Shown: positions 53,701 through 62,700 of the stretch, in pieces
Position numbering within the stretch: the stretch's first letter is position 1
Layout: every line of letters begins with the position of its first letter
NCBI GenBank assembly: GCA_049642065.1
Contig: JBAROK010000007.1
Coordinates: forward strand, 2,134 to 66,133
Source: Candidatus Omnitrophota bacterium
Lineage (GTDB): Bacteria > Omnitrophota > Gorgyraeia > Tantalellales > Tantalellaceae
DNA: 64,000 nucleotides
Direction: 5' to 3'
Translations under genes and position numbers: made by a program
The notes under the pieces: model-generated
What the model was told of the DNA's origin: nothing
Databases searched by the model: none
Seen by the model: only the letters and a program-made list of their open reading frames with translations

Positions 53701-56700
53701 TCGCCAGGGGTCTTAACTGGAGAGAGACGCAGCTTAACCAGGCTTTTACTGCCACATCCGAAGATGCCGATGAAAGTAAAATAGAGGCGCTCAGGTTTAC
53801 CTGCGACAATACAGAAGAAGAGGTGGGTGGTATTTTCACGCAGCGTAATAATGTGGACATAGCAGGCAATCTTGAGAATGCAGTTAAAAGAATGCGTTCT
53901 ATAGCTGCTGCGCTCGGTGAAGACAATATCCAGGTGACAGAATTAAACGCCAGAATAAAGATTGCAGTTGGCAATAATGACAATGTAAGAGCAAGAATAA
54001 AAGAGGTGCTTGATCTTATTGCTCTTATTAGAAAAGCGCGTGGTGTTGCCGAAGAATCTAAGGTTGCCGAAGAATTGGCGAAGCTCAAAGCTGAAGAGGA
54101 AGCCGCGGCAGCAAAGCTCAAGGCTGAAGAGGAAGAAGCAGCAAGGCTCAAAGCTGAAGAGGAAGCAGCGGCAGCAAAGCTCAAGGCTGAAGAGGATAGT
54201 CTTGATAGTGAACTTATCCAGAAGGCAGCAGAACTCAGGAATCTCTTGGGTAGCATGCAGAGGTTAGAGCAGATAGATTATGACGCTATAATAGACGACT
54301 ATGAAAAGTCCGTAAGAAAAGAAGATGACACGCTTTCTCCGTATTTGCCGGAAAACAGGGATACTGAGATGGTGAAACAGAAGCGCCATCATGTGCTTGC
54401 TGAGCTGCTTGAAGCTCGTGCGCTTATCGCAAGAATAGAGAATGCTCTGGCTGAAATGTCAGCGGCTAATATAGCGGCAGATCCGGAGAAGATTAAGACG
54501 GTTCTGGCAACTGTTGAAGGTGTTATGAACGACGCCGAAGGAGAGAGTTTCTGGGGCCGCGTGAATGATAAGGCATATAATTACTCAGCTCCCGATGACG
54601 CGTCTAAGGGTTATAGCGAACAGTACGAAAAGGATTACGCAGAAGTAATAGGCGAGCGTGAAGCAAGGCTCAAGGCCGAAGAGGAAGAAGCGGCAAGGCG
54701 TAAAGCTGAAGAGGAAGAAGAAGCAAGACTTAGAGTTGAAGAGGAAGAAAAAGCATTCCTTGAGGATATGAACACTAAGATAGCCAATATTGAAGAGATC
54801 ATCAATCTTCTAAATAGGATTATTGCCGATGCAGAAGAAGAAAAGAGTGAAATAGAAGACATGATCTCCGGTATACCTGAAGAAGGTATAGAAGAGCCGC
54901 AACTAGCAGAAATGCGTACTCAGCTTGACGAGATAGAATTAAGGATAATGGGTCTTCAGAACAGGAATAACGATCTGGAAACTGATCTCGATACTATAGA
55001 AGGTCTGCTCAGGGCAATCGAAGGCACCCCACAGGCCGAACATGAGATGTTCGCTCTTACCGGTGCGAGACTTGGGGATGCAAGGGATCTTAATAAGACT
55101 GCTGATGAAAAAATAGATGAAGCTCTTGAAGCCCTCAAAAGGGCAAGATTGCGTCTTATGGACGAACATATTAAAACGGTAGAAAGGAATGCAGCCGCAC
55201 AGGAAGAAGAAAAGCGGAGAGCTGTTGAAGCTGGAGAACTATTCCTGGGTCCGGAAGGCGAAGTGTTACCGACAGAACCTGCGGAAGAGCTTGAACCGGA
55301 GATAATACTGCCGGAGGATCAAGGAGAAGCTGATGAGCCTGAAATGGTTGAACCAGAGATAGTCGCAGCAGGACCTGGTGGTCCGGATGAACCCGGCGAA
55401 CCCGGCGAAGGCGAAGCCGAAGAAGAACCTGAAGACGAAGATGCCAAGTTTGAAAGGGAAGTTAGGGATGCCGATGATATCATGAAGACGCTCAGGAACC
55501 TGGCCAAGAAGATCAATGGCTGGATGGGCGATCTTGAAGTGGATTTCCAGGACAAAGAGGGTGAAGAAGAGATAAAAGAAGACGAAGAGATCTTCCTGCC
55601 CAGGATCAGGTCCATGGAACCGTGGACTTTCTTTGATAAGAAAAAGGTTGGACAGTACAATTTGAGTAATCTTTACAGGTCCATCCTCATGGCGGGTGTA
55701 ATGGCACTTATGTGTCATATACTTGACAACTGGATGGTTGTAGCATTGCTGCCGTATATCGCAATATTAGTTGTAAAAGGGCTGAGTCTCGAGGAAAAAG
55801 CAGCAAAATGGGAAAAGGGACTGTTACTTGCTTCTTTCTTCCTGACATTACAGTTCTTTATACCGTGGTCTTCTGGAATAAGTCTTGGAACAGTGAGTTT
55901 TTGGCTGCTAGCAGGCACTTTGTTCGCGGATAGCGTGACTCCGCTGGTGAAATATCTCGTGAGATTGTCCAACTTGGATTTCTTTGACAACAAGAAAGGT
56001 CACTCTTTCGGTAACCGTCAGCCGTTCAACTACCAGTGGAACCAGCTAAGGGAACTGACGTCAATCAGAAATACACTGCAACAGATAAGAGAAGAGATAG
56101 AAGCCAAACCGAACGTCCGGGACTGGATATGGATGGATATGAGGCCTATACGTTCTAGGGGTTTAAGAGGTGCTGGTATAGACGGCGAAGATTATGAAGG
56201 CGGTATTGAGGGAAGGACCAATACTTTCGGGGAAGTTATAGACGACGCTATTACAGAACTCGGTGCGATAATATTCGTTGGAAAAGGCAAGGTAGGAATA
56301 ACTCCTGATGAAAATATAGAAACATGGAAAAAGGAATGGGATGAACGTAAGGCACACTACAGGGCACAGAGCCCCAGATCCAATGCGGTAGGCCGCGCTC
56401 TTCTATGGAGCTCACTGTTGTCCGCCAGCATAATCGCTGCAGCAGCATATTATGGTGGGCTTACCCTTATGTCGCTTACGGGAGTTATAACGATAGCCGC
56501 AGTTTTCATGGGCACTCTTATACTGGCCGGGAAGTTGGCCAGGCTTCTTATTAAGAAACAGCTGCTTATAGATATCCCGGCTGACATGAAAAACACGACC
56601 AGAAGGGGTAACAGGCAGATATTCAGTCTCGTAGGAGAAAGAGAAGGACAGCCTTTTACCGGACATCCTTTAAAGGTCTGGGACATATGGAGACATTTGA

Positions 56701-59700
56701 CCCAGAGCGCAGCTGCCAAGAGCATAGAAGTACTTACTGAAGATTTTTCAGGTGCGGAAGATGTTAATAAAGAGACCATGAAAGGTCTGCGCGGGCAGAA
56801 GGATACTGCCGTATCGCGTGGTCCACTGGACAGCATGGCGCTTTCTGAAGCGGAAGGCCTTATAGAAAAGGTAAAACTTGTCGTCAAGACGGCACTTTTC
56901 CTGTCAGCGGTACTGGGCCTGTCATATTTGGCAGGGGTAACCATTTTCGGCGGTTCAGCATGGATATACCAGCTGACGGCCTATGGAAATACCGCGGGCT
57001 GGGATGAGATCTTCAGGCACGGGTTCGCGATAATAAAGGTAGTAAAGAATATAGCTCTCTCGGAAAGCGGAAGCTGGATGACTGTTTTACTTAAGGGCGG
57101 CCCGTTTCTGGGTGTAGGACTTCTTGCGATGATATCAAGCATGAGCCGCAAAGTGCGAGGAAGAGCCAAAGAATTTCTTATGAACGTGGGCGGTGTTCTT
57201 CTCGCTGTCGGTGCCGGTGTAGCGTTTTTAGAGATAGCATCTATAACTCAGCCAATACTGTTAGTAACAGCTTTGGGGCAGTTGATTCTCGGTAGCGTCG
57301 TTCTCGGTAGCTTATGGATATTCGGCCTTAAGTTCTTCGGGTACGATATCGGCCAGTTTGCTAAACTTTATCCGGATGAAGAAGTCGTTACATGGAAAGA
57401 TATACTCAAGAGGTTCGGATGGGCGGTTATATCGGCTAGTTTCATAGTGGGTGTACCGCGGCTTACAGGTCAATCTATAGGTGAAGCTATATTTATCGCT
57501 ACGGGTAACGTGGCTCTGGGGATCAGCCTTGGTACCGCTATTAATGTTATCCTGGCTACTTTTATGGTGTATTCCATGCTCAGGGGTTTCAGCATGTTGA
57601 TAGCCAAGAACAGGTTTAAAGCTATAGCTGTGGACGATAAGCTTTATGCAGGCGACGATGAGCCTGCGCTGGATTCTTCTACCGACAGTTTCATTAAAAC
57701 CTTCTTAGGCGGGAACCGCTATACGGAACGGGAACTAAGGGTAATAGTCAAGGCTAATAAGCTAGGTAAGGAACATCTGGATGAAGGGGACGACCCCGAC
57801 GACAGCAGACGCGATGAAAAAATGATATACGAGAGTATTATGGGTCATGGAGGCCAGCCTTCAGGTGTTGATTATTTCAGCGCTGCGATGAACGCCAGAT
57901 TTGACGAACTTACAGCCGCGCAGCTGTTAAAGCTCATGTCAAGGGCCGCTTTCAAGAAACTTGAAAGAGAAGACAGGATCCCCGAAGCGATGACCAAGAA
58001 CGAACTCGTAGGGTTCCTGGAAAGAGACGGGAATTACCGCGAACAACTGGTTGTTAGGGCACATCTCATGTATGGGGAACTGGACATAGAACAGATACTG
58101 CAGAGGCTGAGCGGAGCCGGGTTCAACGGTGTCAAGACAGAATTAAGGAAGATTAGAGAAGAAGAATTAAGAATATGCAATAAGGCTATCGCAGAAGGCG
58201 AAGATCAGCTGAGCCTGAATGAAAGCGAGATCTACGAGAATATCAAGAACAGGTACCCTGCTCTTATGCCCGAAGAGTTGGTCGAGAAACTGGAGAAATG
58301 GATCAAGATCAGCGAGCATATCAAGCTTTGGGATGTTCAGGATGTTGTAAGAGGGAAGAACCCCGAGATCGATGAGTGGCTGGAAGGCACGAACGCTGAT
58401 GAGCTCAGGCAAGTGATAGATAAGGATCACCTGGAGAAACGTCTTGTGCTCATGTATGATTTTATACCGAAGACCCAGTCGTGGCTCGTTATTATCGGTG
58501 CCAGCTGGGAAGATGAAATAAAACCCTTGGTAAACTCACTGCTTACTCTCAGGTATCCGCTGAAAAAGATGAAGTTCATCTTCGCCGGTGAGACTTGGGA
58601 TGACGGTACGGAAAGGTCCATAAGGGAAGCGCGCCTTAACGCAATGAGAAGGATGCGCGGGCTTATGGGCGAAGTGGTCAAGGGAAGCCTGCCTGAACAG
58701 TTCGAGTTCAGGGGCGCTCCTGTAAGGGAAGAAAACGCGGTGAAGTTAAGAGGTTACAAATGGATGCCGAGGTTTTTCCGTGTCATTATTACGCGTATGT
58801 TCGGTCCATATGTTGAACCGTCGCAGCCGTATACTAAGCCGGGCGCTAACACGTTCGCTCTAAAAGATTCCGATGGCGCTTACGGTATCATATACGATAC
58901 CGAGGATAAACCTGAAGACACTCAGATACTCAAGTTCATACTTGGACTTACAGATGGTATCTCAGAAACAAGGCGCCTGCAGGATGATTTCAAGACGAAA
59001 TATATGAGGACTGAACCCGTGCGTAGCCGCAAGCCCGAGGTAGATGCTCCCCTAAAGGTCAAGGTCCAACATTACAAAAGTTCTATTAATGATGCGGTAA
59101 AAGAATACAACAAGAAGCTTTCCAAGGAAAACAGGATCGTGTCTAATCGGTATAACCTGAAGAGAGGCAGGGTTTTAAAGCGTCACATGAACTGGTTCGC
59201 TACAGAAACTCTTCCCACGTTGTTAGATATCATGCATACCGGTCGCTTACATCTTCTTTCCACAGGTCTTCTTTGGAAAGAAGTGCTGAGCCAATCAAAG
59301 CAGGCTGACAGGATCAAACTCAGAAACCTTTATATAAGCCTTGCGAATATACCTGGGTATGGCCGTCTGGCGACTGACTATTTACTGAGCAACAAACAGA
59401 AGGAAGACGAGTACGCTTTTGTAGAAGGTCTTATATTCGGTGAATTCGAGAGGATCAACGCGCCGAAGAACGGCCAGGGTCGTCTTTCTCAGTCTCGTTC
59501 GGCTGGACTGGCGACGAGCTGGGTTAACGGTGCGTATTTTGAAGGTGAGTACGGCGCGTGGTATAACATGGGCTGGGACGGTTTTCATGCATTGCCGGAT
59601 ACTTTCAAGCCGCTCGGTGGTACTACTGGATGGTTCTGTACCGAGCCCGTAGAAGACATATACGTACAGGAGATTGAAGAAACAAAACCTGAAAAACTTC

Positions 59701-62700
59701 AGGAAATCGGGATCGGCGCAGATGAAAAAATTATAATAGCCGAGCACTATGCCGATAAGAAAAAGCTGCATACCATAGGTGCCTGGGACGAGATGCAGGT
59801 TGCTGAGGACTACATGCTTGGTTTTGTCGGTTGGCTTAACGGGTTAAACATAGCCAGTTTTTACACGCTTACGCCGGAAGACGCTACTTCTACCAGCGGG
59901 CTTACCATTAATACGAGGGCGCTGCAGGTTTCCAGGTGGAATAAAGGTTATATCATAGGTCTTGTAACCGTTGCTTGTAAGTGGAGCGTGCTGAAAGAGG
60001 TTTGGAAGAAGAAGGGCCCATTGGGGATGATATCTTTCCTCGTGGCCACGCTTTCAAGTGCTATACATCCGCTTCTATTCAGGTTCGCGAGAGCTTTTAC
60101 TCTGGTATGGTGTTTGTATTTTGTTCCGGTTAAATGGATAGTATCCATACTGTTGCAGATACCGGTAATCTCAGGGCTGTTCGTAACGTTCGAGAACGCT
60201 ACGGGTCTTTTTGCCGGGCTTACAACCATGCAGAACATGGTCGCCGAGATATTCCCGCAGCTGCTCAATTTTATGGGGCTCGGTTGGGGATGGATCCTGG
60301 GTCCGATGATAGTTATCGTGCCGATACTCCTGTTCAAGTACTTTACCGTAAAGGCCATGTTCAAAGGTATAAACAAGAAACTCGGTCTCAGGAGACAGGA
60401 AGAAGAAATATCCGAAGAGTATATCGATAAGAGCAGGAAAACCAGTGTTGGCGACGTCTTGAAAATGGTGAACTCCGATTCACGTGAAACATACTTTGCT
60501 GAAACTATCCGTGAGACCGCAAGAGATGATGGCGAAAGAAAAGCTGTAGCCAAGAAAGCCGGCGATTTTGTCCAGGGAAGCATGCATGAAGCCCAGATGA
60601 CACTGTTTCAGCTGCAGGACGGCAAATCGGTCATGATGGAACTGTGGGAAAGGGTAGAAATTATACTTAAGGATATGCCGTTCTATATGACAGCGGAAGA
60701 TATGCAGGAGCAGATCGGTAAGAGGCTTTCGGGCCGCGACAAAGCTAATTTTGACCTGTTATGGCCGCTTCTTACGAGACATGATGACGGTACGTACACC
60801 CTTCCGATAGGGGCGGATCTCAGTGACCTGTACCTTAAGGAACTGGCTGATGTATGGGTAAAAGCGCGTCTGGGTGAGGAACTTACTAAAGACGAAAAGA
60901 GCAAGCTCAGGCTGGTCGAACTTTTAACCGACAGCGACATGGATGTATTGTACGCACAGAAATCATATTTTGATCTATTGGGTATGGTCTCGGCGGATAT
61001 GAGATCTGAACTGGAAGCAGCAGCCCGCTCCGGACGCAGGGTTACTACAGAGCAGGCGATGACTATAATATCTCAGGATCCGGTGGAAGAGTTGAGAGTC
61101 AGGATAGCTCTGAGGATAGAACAGGGTGACTATTTTACAGTTAATTTGTTCGAGATGTACCTTAATGATCCCTCTAAGGCAGGACATATCGAGAACAAGG
61201 CCAGAGAGGTTTATTATGGCGACAAGAACAGTAAGATCGTAAAGGACGTACGCGAATATCTTGGCCTTTGCTACGACTGGCAGGATGCGCGCGAGATCAA
61301 AGATACTTCAGTTGAAGAGTTCAAGCTCATGAAGAGAGCCATAGAGACGGGTGACCTTACAGTTGAAGGCCTCATGAGAAAACCGGTCCAGACATGGGTG
61401 ACAAGGATAATAGGGGTTTTCTTCCCGGAGATGAAGACGGTCACATTAAGCCTTATAGCTCCTAGGCTCTGGCTGTTCTATGCAGGGGCTCTTGCATCGA
61501 GTATGCTGGGAATAGTGTTCATGCCGACAATGTCCATATGGTTAATGATACCGGCGTTAATAGGTGTGACCCTGGCCGGAGGCATGCTTGTAACCTTGGC
61601 TGTAATGGCAGTTGTAAATATATATATTAAATCGGCGACAGGCGACGAACGGGCCATCAGGGCTCTTTCGGTCAGGCTTGCCATGCCGAACCTTTTTATA
61701 GATTGTTACCAGACGCTTTATCTTTACGGTAACAAGGTCGCCTGGCAGGAAATAATAAGCGGAAGCCGTGTTGGATACTGGTGGCTTACCGGAAGGTCCG
61801 TAGGCGTGCTTGAGACAGTGTTCAGAAAGAACGCTGCGGCCAAGTTCCATGAAAAAGCAGAGAAGATCAGGGAATCCGAATCCCAGATGGTGGACAGTCT
61901 CTTGGAAGCAAGGCTTAAGTTCCAGACCAAATGGAACTGGGGGTTTATGCTACTGATATTCGTACTCGTTCCGCTGGGATTGAGATCGGATCTCAGGGAC
62001 GTTGTTTTTTCAAATATAGACCATGCGATAACGAACAGTTCGCACCTTATATCCAGTAACCCGGTTGTTCAGGCCATGGTAGTTGCCGGACTTTGTATTG
62101 CCGCAGCACTGCTTGTGGTCGGTCTTATTCACAAGGCTTTCAAGAAATTGGGCGACTGGAGGCAGCCGGAATTTGCAGTTACGCTGGGTATCTCTTCGGA
62201 TGTTTATGACGAGCTTATGGATCTTGACGTTAATATGAAGAAACTTGGGCAGAGAACCGGAATAACCAATTTCGTTCGTATACAGGAAGGCGATAGAGAA
62301 GCCATGATAGAAGAGCTTAAGAGTAAGACTCGCGGCGCAAAATCCGTGCTGGCTTTATTGGACAGCAGGGAGCTTCCTGTAAATCCGCACACGGACGACA
62401 TAGATTTCCAGGAACTTGAAAAGATCATAGGTGCTTTTGCTAAAGAAGCGCAGACCGATATAATCGAACTTATGCATCCGGAACTGACGAAAATGAACGC
62501 AGAAACAGTGAGGAAGATAGGTAATGTTGACCGCCTGAGGTATGTAGTGGGCGTTATGGCTCGCATCATACCCGAAGGTGAGTGTTTTGACCTCAATGAG
62601 AAGAGCATTTACGATATAAGGATAGACAACATATACAATATGCACAGGGTTGATTACACTGAGCAGGCTCGCAGGTACCTTGAAGGTATCAGGAGACAGC

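Noticed and set aside
53135-54256. 373-aa Ser/Ala-rich minus-strand ORF.
   Set aside because: It is the antisense reading of the E/A/K-rich low-complexity tandem repeats of gene 2 (GAA/GCN codons have no stops in reverse complement). This is an artefact.
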